Shown piece after piece: positions 27,182 to 37,178 of a stretch of 64,000 nt of DNA (the first letter of the stretch is position 1; every line of letters begins with the position of its first letter). The stretch spans positions 128,001-192,000 of the forward strand of contig CAVOYH010000001.1 of assembly GCA_963700635.1 (NCBI GenBank). The letters are read 5' to 3'. This DNA is from an uncultured Bacteroidota bacterium (lineage in GTDB: Bacteria > Bacteroidota > Ignavibacteria > UBA10030 > UBA6906). A model generated the notes under the pieces. It had not been told where the DNA came from. It saw only the letters and a list, made by a program, of their open reading frames with translations, and ran no database searches. The translations under genes were made by a program, and so were the position numbers.

Positions 27182-30100
27182 ATGCGATTAGTCTCTCCTC
27201 TTTTGTTGATGTTCGTTCTGGTGGTCTTTCCTGCCGGCACTCTCCTCAGTCGCGCTGTTTTTGTCGCGACAAACGGAAATGACTCCGCTCCGGGGACTCT
27301 GACCAGCCCCTGGAGGACGCTCTCCCGGGCAGGTTCGGGGATGCAGCCCGGCGACACTGTGTATGTGCGTGGTGGCACGTATTCCGAACGGTTTGTCCCC
27401 TCCAACAGCGGATCGCCCGGGAACCCGATCGTCTACCGATCCTACCCGAATGAACTTGTGGTCATCAACGGTCCACCCGATAACGATCTGACCGTGATGG
27501 CGATCTATCCGAGTTATGTCGTCATCGAAGGATTCACGATCAAGAATCAAAACTACTTCCGCGCGCCGGGAAAAACTACGTATTGGGTTGCCCTGGAAGG
27601 GAACGGAATCATCTTTCGGAAGAACCGGGTCTTCATAGAGGGCGACCCTTTTTTTAATATTTATACGCTTGATGCGGCGTCCCGCGGGATTGTGGTGGCC
27701 GGGCGAAACATCATCGTTGAACAATGTTACGTGCGTGGCCAGGTTTTCGGGATTGTGATCGCCGGGTCATCTCCGCGGTATGCTATCATTCGCAACGATA
27801 CCGTACATGCCAACGGACAGAACAATATCGACGTTGGCGCCTCCGACGACGGAACAACCGCGTACCACGGCACACTGATTGAATCCTGCATTCTTGACAC
27901 CTCGTTTGTCGAAGACAATATTCAGTTCGAGCCGGACTACGGGGATCAGAAAAGCACATCGTACAACCGGGGAACGATCATCCGCAATTGTGTGATGGGC
28001 AACGCAGCAGAAAATGCGATTGATCTCAAGGGGGCGGGACATACGATCATCGAAAACAGTTTTATCTACGGTTCCAGTGGTGATGACGACGGGCCACTCG
28101 GGGGACACGATGTGGGCAGTGGAGCCGGAATCGAGACCAGCCCTGTCGTGCCCACGCGGTTTACCATCGTACGCGGTAATGTCATCTGGGATCACTCCAG
28201 CGGCTTTACGATGGCAGAGGGAGATCACTATACAAACAACACGATCCTGAATAACCGGAGAACCTGGCAGGGTCCAAATCAGACGGATCAAAACCACACA
28301 GGTTTCAGGGCGTGGAATTACCCAGGGGTGAAGAGGGCATTTGTGAATAATATTGTGGGTGCGATGCCGACTGGCAGCGTTCTGGACTGGCTGATGGATT
28401 GGGGAGATAAGTTTCTTCTGGACAACAATCTGTATTTCGAAAGCACGGGTCTGGTACAATTTCAACACCGCGTAAACGGAAGCATCGTCAGTGTGCGGGG
28501 GCTTCAGGCATGGCGTTCGGCACTGACCTCGTACGGCGGCTATGGGTATCTTGCGGGAAAAGATCAGAACAGTCTCGAAGCGGATCCGCAGTTCGTGAAT
28601 GTCCCGCAGTATCCGTTCGGGTATGATCCCGCCTGGAATTTTGGCGTGCGTGCAACATCTCCCGCAATTGATGCCGGACGATACGCAACCGTGGCCGCTT
28701 CGGGCGGGGCCAACAGCACGTCGATGGTTGTGGACGACGCTTATTTTTTCTGCGACGGATTCGGAATCACTGATGGAGATCTAATAAAGATCGGCCCCAC
28801 GGCACCGGTGCGGATTACCGGGATTAATTACTCGACAAACACCCTCACGCTCGCAGCCCCACGATCGTGGAACACGGGTGAAGGCGTCCACCTGGCTTTT
28901 GACGGCGCCATGCCCGACATCGGCGCTGTTGAGTACAATTCCGGTTCGATCCAGCCCCCGGAAGCGCCCACGCTCACTGGGCCGGCAGACGCGGCCCAGG
29001 ATGTCTCGCTCAACCCGGTGCTCTCATGGACCAGCGCGAACAATGCGGCCTCGTACGAACTGCATGTCTCTACTTCGGGAACCTTCACTCCTCTCTTCGT
29101 TGCCCGCAGTGGAATTTCGGCTCCCACCTACACCGTGGGGGGACTCGCAGCGAATACGACATATTTTTGGCGCGTCCGCTCGGCCAACGGCGGTGGGACG
29201 AGTGCGTGGACGCAGGCACGATCATTCACGACAGTCCGCCTGGATTCCACTCCCGCTCCACCCGCGCTCAGTGCGCCACTCAATGGATCGACAGGGATCA
29301 GCACCAATCCCTTGCTGTCATGGACAGCAGTACCGGGAGCCGTGTCGTATCGCGTGCAAATGGACCGCACCGGGAATTTTACTTCACTCTCAGTCGACCG
29401 ATCAGGTATCACCGGGCCGTCGGTCATCATTGACGGCTTGACCGGCGACGCGACATACTACTGGAGGGTGAACGCCACCTCCGCCATCGGGACAAGTCAG
29501 TTTTCGGCGGTCTACCGGTTCACGACCTTTGCCCTGCCGCCGACTTTGAGCGCAAACCTCGTGGCAAACCCCAACTTTGAAAACGGCACGTCGGATTGGT
29601 CATTTGTCTCAAATGGGGCAGGTGGGTTTACCGTCAATGCGCCGGGATACCGCAAGGCCACATCGGCCAAAGTGTACCTCACACAATCTGGTCCCACGAT
29701 CCTATTGTACCAGAACAACCTTGTCCTGAGCCCGGATTCCATGTACCGTCTGAGCTTTGCGGCGTTTTCGACTACGGGACATGACATGGAAGTGTCACTC
29801 CTGAAGTCCGAGTCACCATTCACTTCGTACGGGCTCGATGCCGAACGCGTGAATCTGACGACGGGATGGAATGTATTCCTCCTGAACATTGAACCCCATA
29901 ATTTTTTCACTCCGGTGAACGATGTCCAGCTCCGGTTTTCGTTTGGAAAATATGGGGTTGCCGGTGATGTGTTCTCTCTGGACAACGTCCGACTCGTTGC
30001 CGTGAATGCCGGGACGCCTCTTCCCCCGGAATTTTTGCCGGTGGATTTTTACCTGGAGGAAAACTACCCGAATCCATTTAATCCCTCCACAACTATCAGG

Positions 30101-30304
30101 TACTCCATTCCGGTTGACACGCGCGTGCTGCTGAAGGTGTATAATCTGTTAGGCCAGGAAATCGCCACACTCGTGGATGAGTTCAAGAAGATCGGTGTGT
30201 ATGAAGCAGGACTGGACATGACAGGATATGCCAGCGGGATGTACGTCTATACCTTCCGTGCCGGAGATTTCCGCCAGACCCGTAAGCTGCTCTTCATCAA
30301 ATAA
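27182..30304 (+). CDS. Paralogue of the 20461 protein: beta-helix + two FN3 + CBM4/9-like + T9SS CTD
   Basis: Shared blocks EDNIQFEPDYGD, MGNAAENAIDLKGAGHTIIEN, DDAYFFCDGFGITDGD; ENYPNPFNPST. Confidence 0.9.
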   Translation: MRLVSPLLLMFVLVVFPAGTLLSRAVFVATNGNDSAPGTLTSPWRTLSRAGSGMQPGDTVYVRGGTYSERFVPSNSGSPGNPIVYRSYPNELVVINGPPDNDLTVMAIYPSYVVIEGFTIKNQNYFRAPGKTTYWVALEGNGIIFRKNRVFIEGDPFFNIYTLDAASRGIVVAGRNIIVEQCYVRGQVFGIVIAGSSPRYAIIRNDTVHANGQNNIDVGASDDGTTAYHGTLIESCILDTSFVEDNIQFEPDYGDQKSTSYNRGTIIRNCVMGNAAENAIDLKGAGHTIIENSFIYGSSGDDDGPLGGHDVGSGAGIETSPVVPTRFTIVRGNVIWDHSSGFTMAEGDHYTNNTILNNRRTWQGPNQTDQNHTGFRAWNYPGVKRAFVNNIVGAMPTGSVLDWLMDWGDKFLLDNNLYFESTGLVQFQHRVNGSIVSVRGLQAWRSALTSYGGYGYLAGKDQNSLEADPQFVNVPQYPFGYDPAWNFGVRATSPAIDAGRYATVAASGGANSTSMVVDDAYFFCDGFGITDGDLIKIGPTAPVRITGINYSTNTLTLAAPRSWNTGEGVHLAFDGAMPDIGAVEYNSGSIQPPEAPTLTGPADAAQDVSLNPVLSWTSANNAASYELHVSTSGTFTPLFVARSGISAPTYTVGGLAANTTYFWRVRSANGGGTSAWTQARSFTTVRLDSTPAPPALSAPLNGSTGISTNPLLSWTAVPGAVSYRVQMDRTGNFTSLSVDRSGITGPSVIIDGLTGDATYYWRVNATSAIGTSQFSAVYRFTTFALPPTLSANLVANPNFENGTSDWSFVSNGAGGFTVNAPGYRKATSAKVYLTQSGPTILLYQNNLVLSPDSMYRLSFAAFSTTGHDMEVSLLKSESPFTSYGLDAERVNLTTGWNVFLLNIEPHNFFTPVNDVQLRFSFGKYGVAGDVFSLDNVRLVAVNAGTPLPPEFLPVDFYLEENYPNPFNPSTTIRYSIPVDTRVLLKVYNLLGQEIATLVDEFKKIGVYEAGLDMTGYASGMYVYTFRAGDFRQTRKLLFIK

Positions 30305-30346
30305 TGTGTTGTCTGCCCGGCTGTCACCGAATCCCGTAGAATACAA

Positions 30347-30377
30347 AAGGCACGGAGCTCAAAAAACTCCGTGCCTT
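30347..30377. terminator. Intrinsic terminator between convergent genes, probably bidirectional
   Basis: 11-bp stem AAGGCACGGAG/CTCCGTGCCTT, with a short U tract on the minus strand. Confidence 0.75.
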
Positions 30378-30417
30378 CGTTCTTAGACTACATCTGTGGA
30401 CAGAATCGCAGGTCCGA

Positions 30418-31683
30418 TCAGATGCCGTATCCGATGTTCAACCCGAACAAGTTTGCGCTGCTTTTGTACGTACCGGGGAATGTGTTCTGGTCAGCCGCGC
30501 TGACGGTACGGTCATTGAAGATAATCAACTGGTAAGCAACGTCCACCGACCAGGATCCCGCGAACTTGTATCCGAGACCGATTGTACCTTCCAGTCTGCT
30601 TGCATCCGGCAGCAAAGGTTCAACGGTCTTAGCCGGTTGCCCGGTGGCGTCGTAAATGAATCCGAGGCGGAAGGAAAGGTCATTATGCCGGTATTCCCCG
30701 CCAAGGCGGAGCATGTACGTGTCTTTCCAGTTTTTGCCGGTTTTTGATGAAGCCTGAAGCGGCTTACCCGTCAACGGGAAAGTTGGACCATTGGGCAAGT
30801 CGACGCCCAGGGAATCGTAGGAGGACCAGCCGATCCACTGGTAGTCGGCCTCGATGGTCAGGTCGTTCGACAGATCGTAGGAGATCCCCACAAAAAACTG
30901 ATTCGGGGTTTTGATGGTTGTTTTTCCGGTACCTCCGGGGAAAAACGTCGCGAGTGCCTGTGTATTGGTGAACGCCGCTGTTCCTTCATAGTCGATTTTG
31001 GTAGAATGGCGGTACGAAGCGCCGATCGACATTGCCGGTACGGGCTTGTAAATGGCGCCGAAATTGAAACTCACGCCGTTTCCTGATGCGTCAAGGGCGA
31101 CGTTTCCATTCGTGGCTGAGGGTGTCGGCGGTGCGAGACTTGAATAGGTAGGGATCTTGTAGGAAAGTTCCACCTTTGAAAACGTATAGCTCATTCCTGC
31201 TCCGACCATAAAACAATCGCTCACCTGATAGGCGATCGTCGGGTTGACGGACACATTCTGAAGGTCTGTCTTGACGGCGGCGAATCGACCATCCCACCCT
31301 TCCGGCCATTCGGTACCGAGCCCGAATGGTGCAAAAAGTCCCACCCCGAACGATAATCCGTTCTCCATTCCATACGCGAGATAGACGCTCGGGATCACAA
31401 AGGTCTGGCTCACCATGTCCGTGGCCTTGCCGGCCGGGCTGGTGAAGGTCGTTTTCGGCAGGATCATCGTCCCTCCGACGTATGCGCCGAATCCCTTCTG
31501 ATAGGTTAGTCCCGCGGGGTTAAAATACATCGCGGAAAGGTCGCTGGCACGCGCCGCAAAGGCCCCCCCCTGAGCCATTGCACGGGCACCCTGTTCGTTG
31601 AGTTGAAACCCGCTCGCAAAAGCCAGGTCAAATGTCAGCACTGCGAGCAGTGCGAACAGACCGAAAATTCGAGCAATGGACAT
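30418..31683 (-). CDS. fadL: OmpP1/FadL-family outer membrane transporter
   Basis: Signal peptide ending AFA, then SGFQLNEQGARAMAQGGA, YFNPAGL, PFGLGTEW, LPDASR. Confidence 0.88.
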   Translation of the reverse strand: MSIARIFGLFALLAVLTFDLAFASGFQLNEQGARAMAQGGAFAARASDLSAMYFNPAGLTYQKGFGAYVGGTMILPKTTFTSPAGKATDMVSQTFVIPSVYLAYGMENGLSFGVGLFAPFGLGTEWPEGWDGRFAAVKTDLQNVSVNPTIAYQVSDCFMVGAGMSYTFSKVELSYKIPTYSSLAPPTPSATNGNVALDASGNGVSFNFGAIYKPVPAMSIGASYRHSTKIDYEGTAAFTNTQALATFFPGGTGKTTIKTPNQFFVGISYDLSNDLTIEADYQWIGWSSYDSLGVDLPNGPTFPLTGKPLQASSKTGKNWKDTYMLRLGGEYRHNDLSFRLGFIYDATGQPAKTVEPLLPDASRLEGTIGLGYKFAGSWSVDVAYQLIIFNDRTVSAADQNTFPGTYKSSANLFGLNIGYGI

Positions 31684-31948
31684 TGGTGTTCCTTCTGTGT
31701 GTGAGAGAATGTACCGCGTGAGATGACTTTGGCCTGTTACCCGGAGCGGGAGCTGGTTCCTGTGATGGTCTGTCGAAGGGTAATCGAGCAAACCTACACA
31801 AAGTGCTTTTGAGAAGCACCAAAAAAGTTCCGTAAGTCAAAAATATTTTATTCTCACTGTTGAATTTTTCAACACCTATTTATGGTAGGATTTTCGAACA
31901 CTTCTGGCTATCTTTCGTATACTATTAGAAGACGAAAGCGACATAACT

Positions 31949-34756
31949 ATGCAAAATCAGGGTCAAAATTTGACATTTCAGCGGATTGGAGTGGCCATCC
32001 TGGCCGCGACTCTCTTCGTCATAGCTGGCCTGACATTCTATACGATGGCCAGCATTCCGACGGACGAGAACCTCTTTACCGGGGCACCATCTCCGGCCCT
32101 CATCACACGGACCATTCCGGCCCATCAGGAAGGACCCGGACGCTCTCGCGCCGGGCTGCGCAAAGACCCCACCCTGATGGTCGTGACCGACTCCCTTCTC
32201 AGGGGGGATTTGCTCGTTGCCCTTGGAGATGATCCGGTCAGGTCATTCAAAAACCTCCCGATGCTCTTCTCCGGCTTCACCACTGATACTCTTCAAGTGA
32301 GAATATACCGTCCGGACCGTGACGCGTTTTACACGTATTCGGTGGGCCGGGACATTCTGGACCCTACCCTTTACCGGGAAATGGCATCCGCAGTGGTCGT
32401 CGTAGATGTGAGTGCCGGTGGTGCCTCTGATCGGGCCGGTATGAGAGTTGGTGACTTTATCGTCCGGATCAACGGCAAGAGTTTTGGCAACGCACAGGAA
32501 GCCGACGCAATATTGCGCAGGGGAGAGAGCGGTGTCGCGACAGTCTACGATATTGTGCGAGATGGTAAACCCCTCTCACTTTCGGTCACACTTGCACGGT
32601 TCGGATTCCCGCTTGCACTTCTCGTGTTCTGGTTGACCGGGCTGTGTTATCTGGCCTTCGGATCTTTTTTGCTGTACCAGCGGCCGGGACTTGCCCAGGC
32701 GCGCTCACTCGGGCTTTCGTTCCTGCTCATGGGGTTTGTGATAGCTGTCGTGGCGATCACCCGGGAACCGGATCCGACATGGTTCACCCGTACCCGTGAC
32801 GTGCTTATCACCCTTGCGGCATTCCTCGGGACCGGATTCGGTTTTCATGCCCAGGGAATCTTTCCCGTGGAACGGAGAAGGTCCGTCTATCGCCGCTGGG
32901 GACTCCCACTGATGTACGCGGCCAGTGTCCTCTCCCCACTGCTTCTGCTTTCCGATGCAGTAGGTATCAGGTGGGTGGCGCTGATGGGATTTGTTATTGC
33001 GGGGTTTATCGCGAATATACTCGGGTTAACAAAACTTCCTCCGCAATTCAAGAAAATTGTCCGACCGATCCGACTTGTCACTGTGCTCGTCATGGTCCTT
33101 GCAGTCATTATGATAGTCGGGCTTGCGGTGATGGGTGGAGGTAATGCGTTTGGCTTTGTAGGAATGTTGCTCCTTTTTATCCCGCTGAGTTATGTGTATA
33201 TCCTCGGACGTTATCGACTGTTGGGATTGGATTTCCGGGTGCGGCGAAACGTGCAGTACACACTCCTGAGCTGGGGATGGGGGATCCTTATGGCAGTGCT
33301 TTTTATCCGCCTGCTCTTATGGATTCCCGGGTTGCCGGTGCAGGTTCCCGGGATCACCCTGTCCGGACTTTCAGTCGAGATCGATCCGTTGCCGACGTCA
33401 CCCGAGCAGCAGGTTTTCATGGAACGACTTGTGGTTATTTTCCTCGCTGCAGGGACCTGGTACCTCCTCTGGCGGGTGCGCAAAGCGGGTCAACAATTTA
33501 TTGATCGTAAGTACTACCGGACACAATTTGATTATCGCCGTGCAGCATCGTCTCTTTCTGCAATGCTTTCGACACGTCTGTCGATGGACGAAACGGCGCG
33601 GGGGATCGTGGATACGCTCGTCGATGTCCTGAGTCTGAAGAGCGCCGGATTGCTGGTTTTCCGTAATGGTGAAGAATGTTGTTGTGAAGCCGCTGCCGGA
33701 CTGACCGGGGAACAGTGGAAGGATATCGTATGCGTTGCTGACCGGATGTTCGCTTCTGAAATGATCTCTCATAGCGATCCGGTGCGGGTGGAGCTCCTGT
33801 CAGCGGACATCCGCACGCTCCTTTCCGCGCACCAGTTCCAATGTGTTGTCCCCATACGATCCAAAGAACAATTACGGGGGGCGCTGCTGGTGGGAGAGAA
33901 ACTGTCCGAAACACCCCTCGGGGCCGAAGATCTCTCGTTTCTCGCCGGCGTGGCCAAACAGCTGTCCGTGTCGATCGAAAATGCATTCCTCTACGAAGAG
34001 CTTGCAGGGAAAGAACGCATGCGGCATGAACTGAATATCGCGCGTCGAATCCAATTGAGCTCATTGCCCTCAGTCACACCCCGGATTCCGGGCCTTGATA
34101 TCTCCGGTATGTCTTCGCCGGCGCTCGAAGTGGGTGGAGATTTTTTTGATTACCTCAACGGGGACGCCAAAGGTCTGATGGTCATCGTGGGGGACGTGAG
34201 CGGGAAGGGGACCTCCGCCGCGCTGTATATGTCCAAAGTCCAGGGTATTCTCCGCTCGCTGCACGGGTTCGGACTTCCGCCGCGCGAGCTGTTTATCCGC
34301 GCTAACAGGCTGCTGTGCCAGGATCTGGAAAGAAGTTCGTTTGTGACCGCTCTCGGGGGCCATTATGTTCCGGGCACCCACGAACTTACGCTCGTTCGTG
34401 CCGGCCATGTTCCGCTCTTTCATTATCATGCACAGTCCGCAATCGTTGAGCGTGTTCTCCCGCGGGGACTCGGCCTGGGGCTTGACAATGTCGGTGTGTT
34501 CGCCCGGGAGATCGAAGAGCGGGTGGTGGGCTTTGCGAATGGTGATGTGATGGTGTTTATCACGGACGGCGTGCTTGAAGCCAGAAACGCCGCCGGAGAG
34601 GAATTCGGCGAAGAACGTGTCGAGGCTCTTCTGTGTGAGGCCGCCGGACTTGATGCGGTCGGGATCCGGGATACCGTCGTCAGGGAGATCCAGAGCTTCG
34701 GCAAGGGGATGGACCAGCATGATGACCAGACGGTCGTGGTGGTGAAAGCCCTCTGA
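31949..34756 (+). CDS. Membrane sensor: PDZ domain(s) + multi-TM + GAF + SpoIIE/PP2C phosphatase
   Basis: GGASDRAGMRVGDFIVRING; VVPIR...GALLVGEK; EVGGDFFD, GDVSGKG, TDGVLEARN, DDQTVVV. Confidence 0.9.
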   Translation: MQNQGQNLTFQRIGVAILAATLFVIAGLTFYTMASIPTDENLFTGAPSPALITRTIPAHQEGPGRSRAGLRKDPTLMVVTDSLLRGDLLVALGDDPVRSFKNLPMLFSGFTTDTLQVRIYRPDRDAFYTYSVGRDILDPTLYREMASAVVVVDVSAGGASDRAGMRVGDFIVRINGKSFGNAQEADAILRRGESGVATVYDIVRDGKPLSLSVTLARFGFPLALLVFWLTGLCYLAFGSFLLYQRPGLAQARSLGLSFLLMGFVIAVVAITREPDPTWFTRTRDVLITLAAFLGTGFGFHAQGIFPVERRRSVYRRWGLPLMYAASVLSPLLLLSDAVGIRWVALMGFVIAGFIANILGLTKLPPQFKKIVRPIRLVTVLVMVLAVIMIVGLAVMGGGNAFGFVGMLLLFIPLSYVYILGRYRLLGLDFRVRRNVQYTLLSWGWGILMAVLFIRLLLWIPGLPVQVPGITLSGLSVEIDPLPTSPEQQVFMERLVVIFLAAGTWYLLWRVRKAGQQFIDRKYYRTQFDYRRAASSLSAMLSTRLSMDETARGIVDTLVDVLSLKSAGLLVFRNGEECCCEAAAGLTGEQWKDIVCVADRMFASEMISHSDPVRVELLSADIRTLLSAHQFQCVVPIRSKEQLRGALLVGEKLSETPLGAEDLSFLAGVAKQLSVSIENAFLYEELAGKERMRHELNIARRIQLSSLPSVTPRIPGLDISGMSSPALEVGGDFFDYLNGDAKGLMVIVGDVSGKGTSAALYMSKVQGILRSLHGFGLPPRELFIRANRLLCQDLERSSFVTALGGHYVPGTHELTLVRAGHVPLFHYHAQSAIVERVLPRGLGLGLDNVGVFAREIEERVVGFANGDVMVFITDGVLEARNAAGEEFGEERVEALLCEAAGLDAVGIRDTVVREIQSFGKGMDQHDDQTVVVVKAL

Positions 34757-34811
34757 TGTCTTCTCTTGTATCAACTGTGTATACTTCTGCAGACCGGGCA
34801 TCCGGTCCCTT

Positions 34812-35975
34812 ATGAAAGTCAACCGCGTGATTCTCTTCTTTGGTATCGTTTTTGCCATCTACTTTGCGGTCAACGCCTATGTGGTATACCGGGGAGCCCA
34901 CTGCTTCCCAGCAGGTTCGACCGCACGGAGCATGATCATCTGGACCGGTGTATTCTTTTCTCTGGCGTTTATTGCCGGCAGGTTTCTTGAACGTGTCTGG
35001 CTTTCGCACGTCAGTGACGTCCTTGTATGGTTTGGGGCGTTCTGGTTCGGGGCACTCCTCTACCTTTTCCTTACGGTGCTGCTCATCGATCTGGTGAGAC
35101 TGGTCCACGCTGTGGTCCCATTTCTACCGGATATGCTTACGGCTCGTCCCGACAGAACTGCGCGTACACTTTTTTGGGGGGTCACCGGACTCGTTGCCGT
35201 GGTCATTCTTGTCGGGCATGTGAATGCGCGCATTCCACAAGTGCTTCACCTCACGCTCCCGGTTAATAAACCCGTTTCAGGAATACAATCTCTCCGGATT
35301 GTGATGGCATCCGATATTCATCTCGGCACGATCGTGGGCAGAAAGCGGCTCGAATCAATAGCGGGGACCATCAAAAGTCTACAGCCGGATCTTCTCCTTT
35401 TTCCGGGCGACCTGGTCGATGAGGATCTCGGTCCCGTCATCAAGGAGAATATCGGGGAAACGTTGCGCGGGATGACGGCCCGGTTCGGGGTGTTTGGCAT
35501 CACCGGGAACCATGAGTATATCGGGGGTGCGGAAGAAGCAGTGGCCTACCTGGAGGAACACGGAGTACAAATGCTCCGGGACACCAGCGTCGTTCTCGCC
35601 GGCGGCATCACGCTCATCGGGCGTGAAGATCGGAGCCGGATACAGTTTTCCGGAAAACGGAGAACATCACTCGAGCAACTGTTGCGTCATGTAGACCCTG
35701 CACGTCCTGTCATCGTGATGGATCATCAGCCGTTTGATCTTGATTCGGTAGCCCGCGCGGGGGTAGACCTGCAGATTTCAGGGCACACGCATGATGGCCA
35801 GCTCTGGCCCCTGAATTACATCACGCGGCTCGTGTACGAGAAGAGTTGGGGATATCTGCGGAAAGGGAACACCCACGTGTACGTTTCAAGCGGGGTCGGG
35901 ACGTGGGGACCGCCGGTGCGGCTTGGGAACAGACCGGAGATCGTCGTGCTCACGCTGACCTTCACGGATCACTAA
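34812..35975 (+). CDS. Membrane-anchored metallophosphoesterase (YkuE-like)
   Basis: SDIHLG, GDLVD, GNHE, HQP, SGHTHDGQ. Confidence 0.92.
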   Translation: MKVNRVILFFGIVFAIYFAVNAYVVYRGAHCFPAGSTARSMIIWTGVFFSLAFIAGRFLERVWLSHVSDVLVWFGAFWFGALLYLFLTVLLIDLVRLVHAVVPFLPDMLTARPDRTARTLFWGVTGLVAVVILVGHVNARIPQVLHLTLPVNKPVSGIQSLRIVMASDIHLGTIVGRKRLESIAGTIKSLQPDLLLFPGDLVDEDLGPVIKENIGETLRGMTARFGVFGITGNHEYIGGAEEAVAYLEEHGVQMLRDTSVVLAGGITLIGREDRSRIQFSGKRRTSLEQLLRHVDPARPVIVMDHQPFDLDSVARAGVDLQISGHTHDGQLWPLNYITRLVYEKSWGYLRKGNTHVYVSSGVGTWGPPVRLGNRPEIVVLTLTFTDH

Positions 35976-35997
35976 GACGGTGGGAGAAGGATCCGGT

Positions 35998-36393
35998 TCA
36001 GCAACCGCGGACGTGGGTGGTTGAACCCGGCACTTCAGAGCCGATCTCAACGACACGGTTCTTGCTATCCACGAAGACCACCGTGGGACGGAAATCCGGC
36101 ACCTGGGACTCGGGTACATTGGCAAAGGCGGCGACGATGATAATATCGCCGGGTCCCGCAAGATGGGCAGCCGCTCCATTCACGCACACCTCTCCGGACT
36201 CAGTTTCCCCCAGTATGGCATAGGTTTCGAAGCGTGTTCCGCGGGTGACATTCCAGATATGCACGGCCTCATACTCAGCGATACCTGAATGGAGAAGGAG
36301 GTCCTCCGGTATGGTGAGGCTGCCCTCGTAATGCAGATTTGCTTCTGTGACCGTGGCGCGGTGGATTTTGGCGCGTAACATACGCCGGGTCAT
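35998..36393 (-). CDS. panD: Aspartate 1-decarboxylase
   Basis: [24 protein letters not shown] (G-S autocleavage site), RFETYAI, NGAAAHL. Confidence 0.95.
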   Translation of the reverse strand: MTRRMLRAKIHRATVTEANLHYEGSLTIPEDLLLHSGIAEYEAVHIWNVTRGTRFETYAILGETESGEVCVNGAAAHLAGPGDIIIVAAFANVPESQVPDFRPTVVFVDSKNRVVEIGSEVPGSTTHVRGC

Positions 36394-36454
36394 TTCATGT
36401 TGTGTTCTCACGTCTTCTGCGGCCTAAAAAAAGTGGACAGTGTGGGAAATGTGC

Positions 36455-36856
36455 TTAGTTTGCCATGGCGCGGAGGACGAACCGGGGTACGACCGCGTAG
36501 AATAATTCGCCGCTCGGGCGTCGCATCAGGTACGTTCCTTCCATCGTCCCGTCAAATGTATCGAGCACGCAATAACTGTTGTATTCGTGCGCACTCCCCG
36601 GGAGGATGATCGGTTGTTGGCCTACCACACCTTCCCCCTCTACTTCACGAAGGGTCTCGAAAGCGTTCCGGATAAACCAGTGCCTCCGGAGGAGCTGCAC
36701 CGGAAGGACTCCGTTGTTTTCAATGCGGATGAAGTATGCGAACACAAATTTCTTGCCGATCACTTCCGACTGTCCGTCCAGATAGATCGGACGGACGGTA
36801 ATCGTGATGTTCTCGGTGGTGGATTCGAATGGTTGCATGGAAAACAGGGGTTCCAT
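36455..36856 (-). CDS. apaG: ApaG protein
   Basis: FAYFIRIEN, QLLRRHWFI, EVEGEGVVGQQP, GTMEGTY. Confidence 0.95.
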   Translation of the reverse strand: MEPLFSMQPFESTTENITITVRPIYLDGQSEVIGKKFVFAYFIRIENNGVLPVQLLRRHWFIRNAFETLREVEGEGVVGQQPIILPGSAHEYNSYCVLDTFDGTMEGTYLMRRPSGELFYAVVPRFVLRAMAN

Positions 36857-36874
36857 AACGGTGTCCGCTGATTG

Positions 36875-37093
36875 TCAGAGCCGAATATCAATGACCGGTG
36901 GAGGAAAGCTTGCCACCGTGTGAGCGAAACGATTGTATGTTGCCGTCGTCCGGTGTTGCGCAGTGCTGAGCAGGTGATGGTCGCCCCTGTGCACTTCGTC
37001 AACGATGGTAACCGTGAACACCTTCATCACCCTGGTTGGGGCAAGGGAAGCGTTCTGGTGCCAACTGTTTCCCGGCGCGGAAATCTGGCGCAT
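36875..37093 (-). CDS. Possible 72-aa hypothetical protein
   Basis: AAAGGA SD upstream of the ATG, downstream of a good promoter; stop 18 bp before apaG. Confidence 0.4.
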   Translation of the reverse strand: MRQISAPGNSWHQNASLAPTRVMKVFTVTIVDEVHRGDHHLLSTAQHRTTATYNRFAHTVASFPPPVIDIRL

Positions 37094-37149
37094 GAGTGAT
37101 GTTCCTTTAACAGCAGTCTGCCCTGGAAGGTTCGTTGGAGTCTGACAAA

Positions 37150-37178
37150 AAGATACGACTCCGGTCCCCGAAATACAA
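37150..37178 (-). promoter_or_regulatory. Putative sigma70 promoter for ORF72-apaG-panD
   Basis: Minus strand TTGTAT-17 bp-TATCTT. Confidence 0.55.
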
